The notes under the pieces were generated by a model. It ran no database searches. It was given only the letters and a program-made list of their open reading frames with translations, and was not told the DNA's origin. A DNA stretch of 64,000 bases from Lingula anatina (Eukaryota > Animalia > Brachiopoda): assembly GCA_051362555.1 (NCBI GenBank), contig CM120646.1, positions 7,254,001 through 7,318,000 of the forward strand, in the 5' to 3' direction. A program made the translations under genes and the position numbers. Below are positions 37,401-51,437 of the stretch, in pieces (the stretch's first letter is position 1; every line of letters begins with the position of its first letter).

Positions 37401-40400
37401 ACACACTCACACACACACATTCATCGACTTAAAAGATCAAGCTGAATACAATGTGTTTGTTTCAGTCCTGGGTTAATACAGGCACAAAAACAGAAAGTCC
37501 ACTGGAAAATGAGCAATACCCTAATCGCGTGCATTTCTCCGTTAACATTTTTCATTAACAATTTATTTCTTATTTTTTTCAGGCTAGTGTTGTTGACTGC
37601 GTAAGTACTGCGTTTTTCAATTCATTTTAATCACAACCATTAATCTTTTTGTAGTAATTTATCATTTTTATATTAATTATAATTTTTGAAAGAATTTACC
37701 CAACAAGCTTGTTTATCTTTTCCATTTGTGGAGTGTATTTCCGCAAAAATACAGCCTGAAGATGTTATTTATAGCAAAGGTTATGTAAGTGTATAATAGA
37801 AGGCACATAGTTTTCAAACACGTTTTCAATATGTTAAAGTATATATAAATATATATTCAAAACTTGTCTAAAAACTGCCTGGTGATTAAAATACAGAAGA
37901 TTGAAATAGTGTCACTATAATTCCCCCATTATAATTCAGTCACGTGTGCAATTCAGTATTTCACATAAATCAAGGTGTGTTGTAGTGTTTTGAAGCACTC
38001 TACGTGAGATATGAATAATACGCTCTTAGTGTACCACAATAAATCAATGTCTTCAGACAACCATTGAGTGTCCTACAGGAGAAACTTGCGTTCAAGATGT
38101 GGTAATTTGTAAGAAGCCACCATGCAAACCGCCGGAACCACGCTGCGTTCGTGAGTGAAATATAAAAAGTGAAACATGACAAATAATAGAAAATAGTAAT
38201 TGTGAAGATAGAACCAATTAATATTGTTTGGGATAGTTCGCTAATGCAACACATTACATCATACCTGTTTATTATTTTAGATAAACCGAGCACACACATA
38301 CACATATACATATATTGAAAGCTAAGACCTTCACTGTCAGCAATGCGGGCATGTTCTCTGTACAAACAAATCCATATTTCAGAAAAAGAATTGTTCCCGT
38401 TTTTCACCAAGGCAAAATTCCGCATGCAGCGTTTATTGAAACGAATAACTATTTACTATGTCTTAGACACAAGTGGAATGGTATATAAATTGGTGAAAAT
38501 AAGTAAATTTCCAATCAAGTCCTTTCTCATGACAAATTATCAAAAGAATGCTCGAAAATGTTTTATTTTGCTTTTTGCTATGTTTTTTTTAATAATTTTA
38601 TTTGTTTTATCCTATTAATTTTTTAATTGATTAATTTCATATTACCTTAATTAATACTCTTCACAGCTATATGTATGGCCCCAGCCGATCCCGGTCCCTG
38701 TGATGGCTATTTCCCAAGGTATTTTTTCGACAGCAAAGCTTGCCAGTGTCAGAAATTCATCTACGGGGGCTGTGGAGGAAACGCCAATAATTTTAAAACA
38801 CTGGAGGAATGCCAACAGACTTGTCCCGTAACGTGTGATGTAAGTGTAAAATATTTTCACAAAGCTATATAATCTGTATAGTATAATACATTCATTATTT
38901 GTGCTATGATTTCTATTTTTTTATCTTGATACTAAATTACAGTCCATCCTTAAGTTTAAGGATGAATAAATTGTATATTCGATTTTGATTTTTAGTTTCA
39001 AAGTTTATGTTTTGATGGTTTGAGACATTACCACTCTGAGTGGAGGAAAGATATCAGAAAATTAGATTTAAATGTAGCATTGAACACGTTAAGTAGTGTC
39101 AGGATTTAGTTTAATAACACATGCCAAACAAACAAACTGGCAGCTACCCTGTAAATTAATCAGCAAATTTACATGCTCATTATCACTGTTAACTATACAA
39201 AGACCCAATTGGGATCTGACTTGTGATATATATGTAGAGGGAAGGAGAGCATTGTATTAATCATGGTTACCATAAATATCACATTAAATTTTTATCTTTT
39301 GGGTCCCCTTTACATAAGGATATTATTGTACGTAAGTTTTCATTGACTCGAACTTGTAGGTGTGCTTTTTTTCTTCAGTATATAAAGTGCCCTGACGGAG
39401 AAACGTGTGTCCTTGACAGAGAAATCAGTACAGAATCGCTGTGTCAGCCGCCTATACCACGGTGTGTCCGTAAGTTTATTTATTTGTTTATTGCATGCTT
39501 ATTCTTTACATATTTTCTTTAGTTTTGTGGAGGGGATGTGGAGGAAATATTTTTCCTGTTGGAGAATCCGAAGCAGGCATGCCCACGGTGTGACGAAAGA
39601 CTTCTAGTTTATTTAAAATTTTCCCTTTCCTTAGTCACCACAGTATAAAACCTATAAAACTAATTTTATCTTATCTTAAACTTTTATCTTACCTGACTGA
39701 AGAAAACAATCTCTTCGTAGCTCTCCATTTTTTTTAGACTTAGAATGTCCTGTCCAAGTCTGACAATAACAACACTCAAGATCGGATAGGCAGACAACAG
39801 ACAGTCTTTAACCGCTTTATATCTTATTCTAAAAATCATGCAGTCATAAATAACAATAGACATTTAGATATTTTATTATTGCTAGATTTTACATGCGTAA
39901 TATATATATATAAATATTATACATTTTCCTTAACTTACAACGGTATATCATATATATTACCTTTTATTTTGCGAGGTCCCAGATTTCACGGCCCTTTTTA
40001 AAAATACGGTTTCGACATTCATATTTAAGAATTGTATACCAAAGAAAAAGAAAAAACTTAAGTTAGAATTAACTCATGCTTTAGTATCAGATGTCAAGAG
40101 ATCCCCTCTTACATACACATAGACTTGTTTTTCTATCTTAGCGATCTGCGAGGCCCCACCAGATCCTGGACCGTGTGAAGCCTACATGCCAAGATATTTC
40201 TATAACAGCACTATAACAGCTTAACAGTTGTATACCAAAGAGAAGGGAAAATTAAGCAAAAAAGATAAACAAATCCTTTCTTTAGTATCAGATTTAAAAA
40301 CATCCCCTCTTACATACGAATGCATTCTTTTTCTATCTTAGCGATCTGCGAGGCCCCACAAGATTCCGGACCATGTGAAGCCTACATGCCAAGATATTTC

Positions 40401-41399
40401 TATAATAGCACTGCTGAACAGTGTCAAAAGTTTATCTACGGAGGCTGTGGAGGAAACGCCAATAATTTCGAAACACTGGAGGAATGCCAAAAGACTTGTC
40501 CCGTTACGTGTGATGTGAGTCGGTTTTTATTTATTTATTTATTTATTTAATTATTTATTTATTTATTCAATCGTTTATTCTTTACATATATTTCTTTGGT
40601 TTTGTGGAGGGGATGTGGAGGAAATATTTTTTCCTGTTGGAGAATCTTATACAGGCATGCCCAATGTATGTCGAAATACTTCTAGTTTATTAAATATTTT
40701 CCTTTTACCTGGTTCGATCCATTTCCTTAGTCACCTTAATATAAAACCATTACCATATTGAAGAAAATAATATCTCCATTTTTTAGAACTTAGAATGTTC
40801 TCCAGGAGAGAAGTGCGTTCAGGAAACAATTTACTGTTTTGCATACCCCTGCCCCCAGCCACCTGCCAAATGTGGTAAGTTATATTCTCCCCCTTTTCAA
40901 GACGGCGATGGTAGATGTCTCGGCTGAATATCTTTAGTGTTTGCAATTTTATTTAATCTGCATCTTCATATTCAAGGACCGTTGCTAGTATAGTAATTAA
41001 TCGCACATTCCCATGTTTTCAAATTTCGAATTAAAATAATACGTACAATGAATGAAATACAATTCTCGTATCATTGGTGTATAGTTTTTTTGGCTATGTG
41101 TGATATCGTTTGTTTTCACCAACCTATCTTTTATCATCTTAGCGTGTGCATATTGCAACATTGCAACTTGCCAAGGACACTTCATTCAACAAAATAACAT
41201 TATTTTGTATTTCTGTTAAGTCAAACCAGAGAAGCCTTGTCTCAGAAGTGACGGGAGGTACGACGATCCTCTACTAGATAGTAATGGTGATCCGATCTGC
41301 TGTGGTATGTGCCTGAACAAACAGGAGTGCCCGAAGGGTTACTACTGCGACATTCACCCTGCTGATGCTTGGGCTGTGTGCTGTCCGAATGAAGTCTAA
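30449..41399 (+). CDS. Paralog A: secreted FOLN-like/Kunitz/FOLN-like/Kunitz/FOLN-like/Lustrin protein (291 aa, 8 exons)
   Basis: Exons 30449-30508 ([20 protein letters not shown]), 37583-37600 (ASVVDC), 38057-38150 ([31 protein letters not shown]), 38667-38839 (Kunitz 1, [10 protein letters not shown]), 39379-39469, 40342-40514 (Kunitz 2, [10 protein letters not shown]), 40787-40874, 41221-41399 (Lustrin-type, ends WAVCCPNEV*). Intron phases 0,0,1,0,1,0,1 are all compatible. Confidence 0.9.
31460..33620 (+). repeat. Tandem-repeat-bearing element (about 660-720 bp higher-order unit)
   Basis: aatcaactagcaat...acatgcctgacaatcaaatctgaggaaaaccac occurs at ~31860, ~32505 and ~33225. Its 5' part is homologous to 34750-35290. 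Confidence 0.8.
34044..34252. mobile_element. MITE family member, with relatives at ~45780-46240 and ~53812-54035
   Basis: Shared inverted motifs gatcgatctatctcc...ctcgctaaattgc / gcaatttagcgagaattcccatggagatagatcgatc. Confidence 0.6.
34745..36216 (+). mobile_element. Helentron/HINE-like non-autonomous element
   Basis: Two ~160 bp core repeats (35801, 35961), a GGCGAC/GAC microsatellite (36128-36180), a perfect 14-bp hairpin tatgtacagacaca-tc-tgtgtctgtacata (36183-36212), then an A run. Confidence 0.6.
40142..40215 (+). pseudogene. Truncated duplicate of the Kunitz 2 exon (pseudo-exon) in paralog A
   Basis: An intact acceptor ttctatcttag is followed by [23 protein letters not shown], then the sequence breaks off 200 bp upstream of the complete exon. 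Confidence 0.8.
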
Positions 41400-42574
41400 C
41401 AATACTCTGTTGGCCATATATTATACACTTATATAACCTTTGGTGACAGGGAATCATATTTGAGCATTTTGTCTCATTCGGGTACTTTTTTTAAACGGAG
41501 ACAGCAGCTGGCAAAACTCACGTGTACATGTAACAAGATAAATTATAAATTTAGAACTCGAAAACGGGTGCATAAATTGTTTCCGCAACATTTAATATGG
41601 TATACCTATGTGATGAAGGGATGATTGTTAACCTTTTCTTGGTTATTATTATTATTATTATTATTAATTGTGCTACACTAAGGCGCCTTTTATTTAATGG
41701 GGTTAGTTTCACCTTCCAAAATAAGTAAATTATGTTTTCTTGTATTCCTGTTTATCTATATGTTAAACCAGTGGAATAGGTATTGCGTACAGCAGAATCT
41801 TGTTGCTGTCACTTTGTTTTAATTGGTCAAATAATTAAGCTGGGCATTCTACAAGTATGAAGATTTGTTTTTCAGTTTTTGCAATTGACCGGTGGCTGCA
41901 ATATTCCATCTCATTTCTTTTACCCGAAAATTAAGTTTTTCCTTTAAAACTGTAGTTTATGATTAACAAGTAAAATGCTAACCAATACTTAATCAGACGC
42001 TCTCACGAAATTTTTAAATTCTGTATGCACAGCTGTTAGATATCCAATTTACAGCTACCTGTATATCTTGTTAGACATATTGGACGCATCATGTTCAAAA
42101 ATAAAATTTTGCTTTACTTCTTAAGGAAATGTGTTTTATTTCAACATGCTTACTTTACCAAATTTTAAAAACCATTACCTTTTTGGCATAAAATCTTCCA
42201 AAACAAATTATTATTCTCATGTGTTATTTTCTTGCGTTTTTAAGGAGGAAAGAAGGTGGGTGGCAGCAATGGATCAAGATATACAAACATGTTGCATATC
42301 AATAAAAAGCTTATTTCAATAGCTTTTTTAATGTTCATACATGTAACTAAAAACAAATATTATACAAATAAATCCCAATACAGACTTCGAAATGCATAAT
42401 AGGGTAACAATTAGATATATCTGAACTATAAAGCTGAACAATCTTAGCTGTGCCATCATATTTTTTCTATCAGATAGACGTAAAACTTTTTGAAAGTGTT
42501 TATTTGCACATAACATTACTTTTTCAACATGTCATATTTTTAGTGCAAAGTTAACTACATATACGTACCATGTA

Positions 42575-42743
42575 CAGGGGCGGGTTAAGGCCGTCTTCTG
42601 GGTCTTCCGGAAGACGGTCAGATTTTCAAGTTTACAATGAAAGGTATCTATTTTTTTCTGTCGGAAGACGGTCAAAGAATGAAGGATGGATCAACAAATA
42701 TAATATGGAAGACTGTCAGAAAATATCTCTGGATCCGCCCCTG
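42575..42743. mobile_element. MITE next to the A/B duplication junction
   Basis: Termini caggggcgg / ggatccgcccctg. Absent from the homologous position upstream of A (~29200). Confidence 0.7.
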
Positions 42744-43723
42744 ATGTACTAATCATAAACACTCCCTGTGTCCAAAATTACAGTGATGTACATATAAAAC
42801 ACATTGTCAATACGGTGCACACTCATTCCAATCTCATTTTAGAGTTATACATTTTCACATCTTTTGAACTTGTAAGAAAACGAAAGGGGGTTTGAATTTG
42901 AGTGTGATGTTACACTTAGTTATATTCTATATTCACTAATGCCGGTGACGGCCGGAGCAAGGGGGCAGGTCGGTCATAACGGCAGAAATTGAGTTAAGCA
43001 TCCCCCTGTTCACCTTAATTTGACTGAATGCCCCCTCCCACATACGCACAATATTATGAAATTTGCTTTCTACGAGCGTGATATTGGAATTTATCGCCCG
43101 TGAAAGTTTTATCACCGAATTCTAAAATACACTTTCATGCGGTTTGTAATTTTTAACATACCTGATAAATCATTAATGAACTTCACCCAGGCTAATGAAT
43201 GTATAAAGAATAATCACTTATTTATGTAACGTTTACAAACCACTTCCCATTTCACTTGATTAGTCCCTATTTAAAAAGTGTAGTGATTAGATAAGAAGAG
43301 TAAAAAATATTGTTTAAAAATCAATATTTATTTTTTCGAAAACGAAGCAATGTTTGAATTTTTGAGATTGCAAATATTTCATATCTTAAGTCTGTTGAAG
43401 GTCATAAAACAAACATTATAGAACATACAGATAATTTAGTTATACGCCTATAGATGATAATTTACTTTCTTGTAGAAATTTAGTTTCATGACAAACCAGT
43501 ACAACACAAAATCTATCTGTATTAGTCATATTTTTGGGACAAACACGCATACGGGTTTCCCTGTCCTTCTCTTCTTAGAAGAACAGTGCCAAGGTCACAT
43601 TCAGCACTTCTCGACCAATAAGATCGTTCATATTCTCTCACTGACGTAATGAAAGAAAAGATCTAGACGATTTGTTCACACTGGCCCCACAAAGAAGAAG
43701 TGCAATCGGCAGCGAGGATCAAA

Positions 43724-44776
43724 ATGATGACAACGTTGATACCATGCTTTGTATTGCTGAATATCAATATGGCTTATGGACTGGTAAGGTGTTAGAGACG
43801 GATCATGTGTGACCGCTGACAATAATGTAATGTTGGTAGTTGTAATCTCAAGCGTATTTGTTCCGCAGTGTACAATATGACGATATGTGAAACAATATTT
43901 TTGAAATGAAATTATATATCCTGTTTGGTTGGAACGGAACTGCACGCCTAACTGCCCTTTTAACTGTATTTCTCTCTCTCTCGTTCATCGACGCAAAAAG
44001 TGAAGCTGAACACAATTTGTTTGCTTCAGTCCTGTGTCAATACAGGCGCAAAAAAATCACGAAAGTTAATTAACATTTCCTTATACGCGTGCATTTCTTC
44101 TTTAACATTTTTAATTTACATTTATCACTTATTTTTCCCAGGCTCGTGTTGGTGACTGCGTAAGTACTACGTTTTACAATCTATTTTAATCATAACCATT
44201 CATCTCCCTTTTTTGTTGAATATATATCATTTTCGTGTAATCTATAATTTTTAAAAGAATTTTGCCAATAAGCTTGTTTTTCTCTTCCCTTTGTATCATT
44301 AACTGAAAATATATACTAGCACGTACGCATATAAATTTAATCAGCCGCTACAGTATGTGCTGGTATTAATGCAGTTGCATTATTCACAATAGGTATTATG
44401 CAATATTGCACATGGAGTGTATTCCCGCATTAACACAACCTGAAGATGTTACTGATAGAGTTATATAAGTGTATACTAGAGGACACATGGTTTTTAGATA
44501 AGTTTTCAATATATACTGGTGGATTTAGAGAGGGGTCAGAGGGGTCCTGACCCCTTCGATTTCGGAAAAAAATCACACCAATATTCCCCCTTTGAAATAA
44601 GAATTTTGACTAGTTGAACCATAGTTCTAAACCATACCAAATGTCAGTGTTCGCCCTCTAAAAGACCAAAATTTGTTGGAGCCCTTCAGCGGGCTTTGAA
44701 CTCCACGCCGGGGGGCGGGGGGGGGGGGGGTTGGCTTTGCATCCGCGCCATCCCCTTTCAAATAAACCTGGATCTT

Positions 44777-44843
<67 letters not shown>

Positions 44844-47800
44844 AAAACTTGTATGAAAACTATGTGTTAATTCAAATTTCTGTTAAGATTTTTTTAAATG
44901 TAAAACATTTTTGTGGTCAATAAATTATTATTATTATCATTACTATTATTTAAATACAGCTTTAAGCCGTAAATTACAATCAAGATTGAAATACTCCCAC
45001 TATAATTCCCCCATTATTATTTAGCACTTCAGTACTTCATATAAATCAAGGTGTGGTGTAGTGTTTTGATGCGCTGTACATGAAATATGAATAATATGCT
45101 TTCAGTGTACCACAATTAAAATAATTTATTGGTGACAATGGAGATGTGAGATGGGATTACCAATGTTATGTAAGCTTCTTAGTGAATTTGTCACTTAGAG
45201 TCCAGGCAATCTAAGCCATTTTAGGGCCAAACCTCAAAGTAATTGCAACAGTTTTTATTTTACCACAATGCTTTCCTTTGAACCCCCCAAAATGACATAC
45301 TAAAACTCCTAAGGAATCCTAGCATGGGAAATATGAAAAAGCAAGATGGCCGCCAATGCCATAGGATGCCATTTATATATATATTGAAAACTTGTCTGAA
45401 AACTGTGTTAATTCAAATTTGTGTTAATTTTTTTTAAATGTAACAACATTTTTGTGCTCAATAAATTATTATTTTTTTTTAATACAGCATTAAGCCTTAA
45501 ATAACAATCAAGATTGAAATACTCCCACTATAATTCCCCCATTATTATTCAGTCACGTGTGCACTTCAGTATTTCCTATAAATCAAGGTGTTGTGTAGTG
45601 TATTGATGCACTCTAAATGAAATAAGAATAATATGTTCTAAGTGTACCACAACAAATATAATTTACTGGTGGCAATAAAATGTTTTATGTGAGATGGGAT
45701 TATCAATATTATGTAAGCTTCCTAGAGAATTTGTCTCTTATAAAATAAGCTCCAGCTGTTTCTTTGTTTTTCACACTTAGGAACCATCTCCAACCCCTAT
45801 CATACTAAAGCCTAGATACGATGAAATTGTACGATTAATTTTTTTTTAATCGTAAGAACTAAAGGCTACGCCGAGTATGTCTACATTACATGGCGTTAAA
45901 TCCGTACGATTACGTGCGATTTCGCACGGCCACCGTCTACCTCCGCTCAGACGCCGTACGAAAAGGGTATTACGGACAGTATACGTGCACTGCGTCGCAT
46001 TTCAAATGTAATCTAGGCTTAACTTTGGATCGATCTATCTCCTAGGGGGTTCTCGCTAAATTGCAATCAACTAAAGCGGCTTAGATGTCTGCCACGCTGA
46101 TAAAGGGTAATTAACTATCGTCTAGCAGCTTTAGTAGGCGTGTCAGACATCTTAGCCGCTTAAGCTGAAAGCAATTTAGCTAGAAACCCCATGGAGATGG
46201 ACCGATCCTGTTAGATCGATCTAGGTATGAGGACCCGGTCTTAAGACTTTAATTGCTTACAAGCTGCACTGGAGAGACACAAATAATGTTGGTGCAGCCT
46301 GATTTGACAGTACTTCTTCGCCTCTGTACGATCAGCCAAACGGAGGAGAGGGAATGCTCTCTTTCACTTCTTCAGAATATTCACATCGTTAAGTAGTTCA
46401 AAGTCCAGGAAAGAAAAATTTAAAGGTGAATTTTGGAAATCTATTCAAACACATAAATCAATGTTTTCAGACGACCATTGAGTGTCCTACAGGAAAAACT
46501 TGCGTTCAAGATGTGGTAATTTGTAAGAAGCCACCTTGCAAACAGCCGAAACCACGCTGCGTTCGTGAGTGAAATATAAAACCTGAAACATGAAAAATAA
46601 TAGAAACTAGTAGTTGTAATGCTAGAACCTATTTTTATTGTTTTGGCATCATACCTGTTTGTTATCTAAGATAAAATGAGCACACACATACATATTTACA
46701 TATATTGAAGCCTAAGCCCTTCGCTGTCAGCGATGTGGGTATGTTCTCTGTGCAAACAAATCCACATTCTAGAAAAATAAATGTTCCCGTATTTCAACAT
46801 GGCAAAGTTCCTCATGCAGCGATCATTGAAACGATTTACTATTTGCAATGTCCAATATCAAGTCATTTCTCATAACAAATTTTCAAAATGTATATGCTGG
46901 AAAATCTTTTATTTTGCTTTCTGCTATATCATTTTATTCGTTTTCATCCTATTTATTTATTTATTTTTATCTTATCTTATCTTATTTATAAATATTCACA
47001 GCTATATGTATAGCCCCAGCCGATCCCGGTCCCTGTGATGGCTTTTTCCCAAGGTACTTCTTCGACAGCAAGGTCTGTCAGTGTCAGAAATTCATCTACG
47101 GTGGCTGTGAGGGAAACGACAATAATTTCGAAACACTGGATGAATGCCAAAATGCTTGTCCGGTAACATGTGACGTAAGTATAAAATATTGCATTTACAA
47201 AGGTATGTAACTTATAACGAATAATATACTTCGTTATTTGTGCCATACCATATACAAGTGTTTATTTTGCTACCAAATCACAGTCTGTGCTATGATGGAT
47301 AAATTGTATATTAGATTTTGATAATGGGTTTTTAAGTTATAATAAAAGTTGATGTTTTGATGACATGAGGCATTACCACTTTGAGTCATTTAAAGCAATC
47401 TAAAAACCAGATTTACATGTAGCATTGAAGTGTTTAGTAGTGGCAGAGACCACAAATACCTAGGTGTGTGTGTGTGTGTGTGTGTGTGTTTGTATGTTTG
47501 TGTGTAAAAAGGGAGAGAAGGACAGAGAGAGAGCATTGAATTGGCCATGGTTACCTCAAATATCGCATTGAATACTTAAATTCTTTTGGATCCCTTTTAC
47601 ATAAGGGTATTGTTGTTCGTGACTTTTCATTGACTGGGACTTGTAGGTGTAATTTTTCTTCAGCATATAAAGTGTCCTGACGGAGAAACGTGTGTCCGTG
47701 GCAGAGAAATCAATACAAAATCGCTGTGTCGGCCGCCTATACCACGGTGTGTCCGTAAGTGATCCTGTCCAACTCTTTTAAAATAACTACACTCAAGAGA

Positions 47801-50800
47801 TAGGCAGACAACGGATACAGTTTTAACCCCTTTACCTGAAAAAACATTTATAAACAACAATAGATATTTAGATATCTTATTATTGCTATATTTCCCATGT
47901 GTAAAATTCTTTTATGATCCAAATGCTTACATTTCTTCATTTATTAATTTATGTATAATAGCGGTCATACATTTAAATTTGATGTTGCATGCAGACTCTT
48001 TCACGTATGATATATATGTCGCAATATACAGACGTGACATTTAATATGGAATATTTCAGTTTCAAAGGTATGCATATGTGAAAATGCGTTCGTTTTTCAA
48101 AAAACACCGATCTCATATAAGATATGTGAATGGAAAAGTGTGTAGTCAGGTGTGTCGCTACCAATTAACTGACTTCCATGTCTGTTGCACTGCTGTATTG
48201 TGTAATATGCAGTGATTTAATTGGGTAGTGCTCCTTTGGGCTGGTCTAAGCTTGGCTATGGCAAGGCATGGTTCTGTGAAAAAAGTTTCCATGTGTGCAT
48301 AGAAGAATTTGAAATTTTGCATGCAAGCGGTCAGTGTTTTACAAAACTGTAAAGCTGTGACAGAATGACACGAAAAAGACAGAAATTGCCAGTCAGATTA
48401 TTGCGCCAAACGGAACGGTCCGCTCAGTTTTATAGAGTTATGCTCACACTATGCTCACACCAACACAGAGGTCACACCCAATGTATCGAAATCTGACCAC
48501 CAGTGTACAGGGCTCACTGTCCTTCCGGATATGCTGCTGCCACTAAACGAAAAAAACACCCAGTCCGTTCAGAATGAGGGGCAAATTGCAACCAGAACGC
48601 GTTTTTCAAGACCCAAACACTAAACCGATTTTAGCAGGTTAGAATACCAGCCGCGACCTCTGAGGAAGCCACTGTTAAACAGCAAAACATCGTTTTTGGT
48701 TTGTCTAATGAATTTGGGACCATGACCGTTTCTGGCTAGAACACTGAAACGGTGTGACTTTCTTTATTGAGGTCAGATTTCACCCTTACCGTTCAACTAG
48801 TCAAAACCGAGTTAACAGACATTCTCAAAAGGCCTTCGACGAAGAATGTGCCGCGTCTAAAGCGACTAGGGTCATTCAAAGCGTAAGTATTACAATGGTG
48901 CCAAAATACCAATGGTAATTATCAATGAAAACCTGAACAAACCAAATAAACCAGACCAAATAAAGGAATAATCTGCGACCACTTGTCTATCATTTGAAAG
49001 GGGGCACCTTAGGAACATTTTTAGGTTGCACGATGAGATTGCCGACTCGCACAGAGCACTTTTAATAGCAGGTAGCTTACAGAACCAAGGAAATTAGCAG
49101 CTACCTTGTCCATCAAAATCGCCATGTTTGAACCACATAGTCAATATGTGGGTGGGTCATTACTCGACGAACCAACGGTCTACATGTCCTACAACCGATG
49201 CCTGGAATGTAATCCCAGATTGAACTCTAAAAACCTATTCCAGTGAATGCCTTACCGCTTGAGAGCCCTGGTAGCAGCCAATGAGGTGCGGCGAACAGGG
49301 ACCGTTGTTGTGACTAGACACTGACATGAGGGTCTTTTATGGGTCGTGTAACTCTTTTACAGAAGATAATTTGGAAATTATGGAGATCCAAAATATCGCC
49401 TTCAATGGTTGTCGTATGACTTAGAATAGGCAATGTATTTTTGTTTGCTTCACTGGCGAATTCTATTAATGAACTGATGTCACAATGACATCAGAGACAT
49501 TATTAAAAGTAATCAAGACACAATTTCAATCCTTATTTTCATTTACCAGTCAATAAAATTGGGAAAACAGATGAAAATGATTTGGAAAAAATATTCCATA
49601 TTAAATGACAAGTCTGTAAATGGCAAGTGTCACAGTATGAAATAGGCTTGCACGTGATAATACGTGTTTGGATGTCGTGCAGAGCTGTGATTAACATTTC
49701 AAAAAAATATATATATACAGTATATATAACCGAATGAACTACTTTACATGAATAACCCACCTTTCTTTTTTCAACTTTTTTCTACTTAGCACTCTACCCG
49801 ATACACACTGGAGATTGTATATAAAAGTGCTTAACAGTTGTATACCAAAGAGAAGGGAAAATTAAGCAAAAAAGATAAACAAATACTTTCTTTAGTATCA
49901 GATTAAAAAACATCCCCTCTTATATACAAATGCATTCTTTTTCTATCTTAGCGATCTGCGAAGCCCCACAAGATTTCGGACCCTGTGAAGCCTACATGCC
50001 AAGATATTTCTATAATAGCACTGCTGAACAGTGTCAAAAGTTTATCTACGGAGGCTGTGGAGGAAACGCCAAAAATTTCGAAACACTGGAGGAATGCCAA
50101 AAGACTTGTCCCGTTACGTGTGATGTGAGTCGGTTTTTATTTATTTATTTATTTACTTATTCATTTATTTATTCAATCGCTTATTCCTTACATATGTTTC
50201 TTTGGTTTTGTGTAGGGGGTGTGGAGGAAATATTTTTCCTGTTGGAGAATCTTATACAGGCATGCCCAAGGTGTGTCGAAAGGCTTCTAGTTCATTAAAA
50301 ATTTTCCTTTTCCTTAGTTACCACAGTATAAAACCATTACCTGATTTAAGAAAACAATCTCTTCGTAGCTCTCCATTTTTTTAGAACTTAGAATGTCCTC
50401 CAGGAGAGAAGTGCGTTCAGGAAACAATTTACTGTATCACCTACCCCTGCCCCCAGCCACCTGCCAAATGTGGTAAGTTTATATTCTTCCCCTTTTCAAG
50501 ACGGCGATGCTACATGTCTCGGCTGAATATCTTTAGTGTTTGCAATTTTATTTAATCCGTATCTTCATATTCAAGGACCGTTGCTAGTATAGTCATTAAT
50601 TGCACATTCCCATGTTTTCAAATTTCGAATTAAAATAATACGTACAATGAATGAAATTCAATTCTCGTATCATTGGTGCATAGTTTTTTTTTTTTTACTA
50701 TGTGTGATATCTTTTGTTTTCACCAACCTATCTTTTTTCATCTTAGCGTGTGCATATTGCAACATCGCAACTTGCCAAGGATACTTCGACAAAATAAATC

Positions 50801-51012
50801 AGCAAAATAACATTATATTGTATTTCTGTTAAGTCAAACCAGAGAAGCCTTGTCTCAGAAGTGACGGGAGGTACGACAATCCTCTGCTTGACAGTAATGG
50901 TGATCCGATCTGCTGTGGTATGTGCCTGAACAAACAGGAGTGCCCGAAGGGTTACTACTGCGACATTCACCCTGCTGATGCTTGGGCTGTGTGCTGTCCG
51001 AATGAAGTCTAA
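43724..51012 (+). CDS. Paralog B: secreted FOLN-like/Kunitz x2/Lustrin protein (291 aa, 8 exons)
   Basis: Exons 43724-43783, 44142-44159 (ARVGDC), 46471-46564, 47002-47174 (Kunitz, [10 protein letters not shown]), 47664-47754, 49952-50124 (Kunitz, [10 protein letters not shown]), 50385-50472, 50834-51012. Exon lengths are identical to A and splice sites are intact. Confidence 0.9.
44835..45740 (+). repeat. Local intronic duplication (~540 bp offset) in paralog B intron 2
   Basis: ttgaaaacttgt...caagattgaaatactcccactataattccccc...gtaccacaa occurs at ~44841 and ~45383. Confidence 0.75.
45807..46020. mobile_element. Small TIR element nested in another MITE
   Basis: Termini aagcctagatac / gtaatctaggctt. 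Confidence 0.55.
48029..49616 (+). mobile_element. Degenerate Tc1-like transposon in paralog B intron 5
   Basis: TA|cagacgtgacatttaatatggaatattt ... aaatattccatattaaatgacaagtctg|TA, with relic motifs RPLRKPLL and [12 protein letters not shown]. The site is empty in paralog C (~58826). A right-end fragment recurs at ~61436-61578. Confidence 0.8.
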
Positions 51013-51402
51013 TAAGGCTCTGTGGACCATATATTATACACTTATATAACCCTTAGTGACAGGGAATCAGCAGTAAAAAATATTCTCCTCTTGGTTTTAA
51101 AGCGTTAAACTTTTATTACGATAAAGTATTTCTTTTTTTTTTTTAATTTTAATGAGTTTCCCCTTAACCAACTTGATATAAGATATCAAAACTTTCCCAG
51201 CGTTGCCGTAGGAAAACCCGTATTTGAGTATTGTGTCTCATTCGGGTAACTTTTAAAATGGAGACAGCAGCTGGTAAAACTCACTTGTAACAAGATAAAT
51301 TACGAATTCAGAACTCGAAAACGGGTGCATAAGTTGTTGTTTCCGCAACTTTTTGATATGACATACCTTTGTGATGAAGGGATGATTGTTAAGTTTTTCT
51401 TG

Positions 51403-51437
<35 letters not shown>

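Noticed and set aside
38675-38872. Kunitz ORFs from the track (also 40320, 49930, 56061, 63266) read as stand-alone single-exon genes
   Set aside because: They have no signal peptides, and clear acceptors and donors show they are internal or terminal exons.
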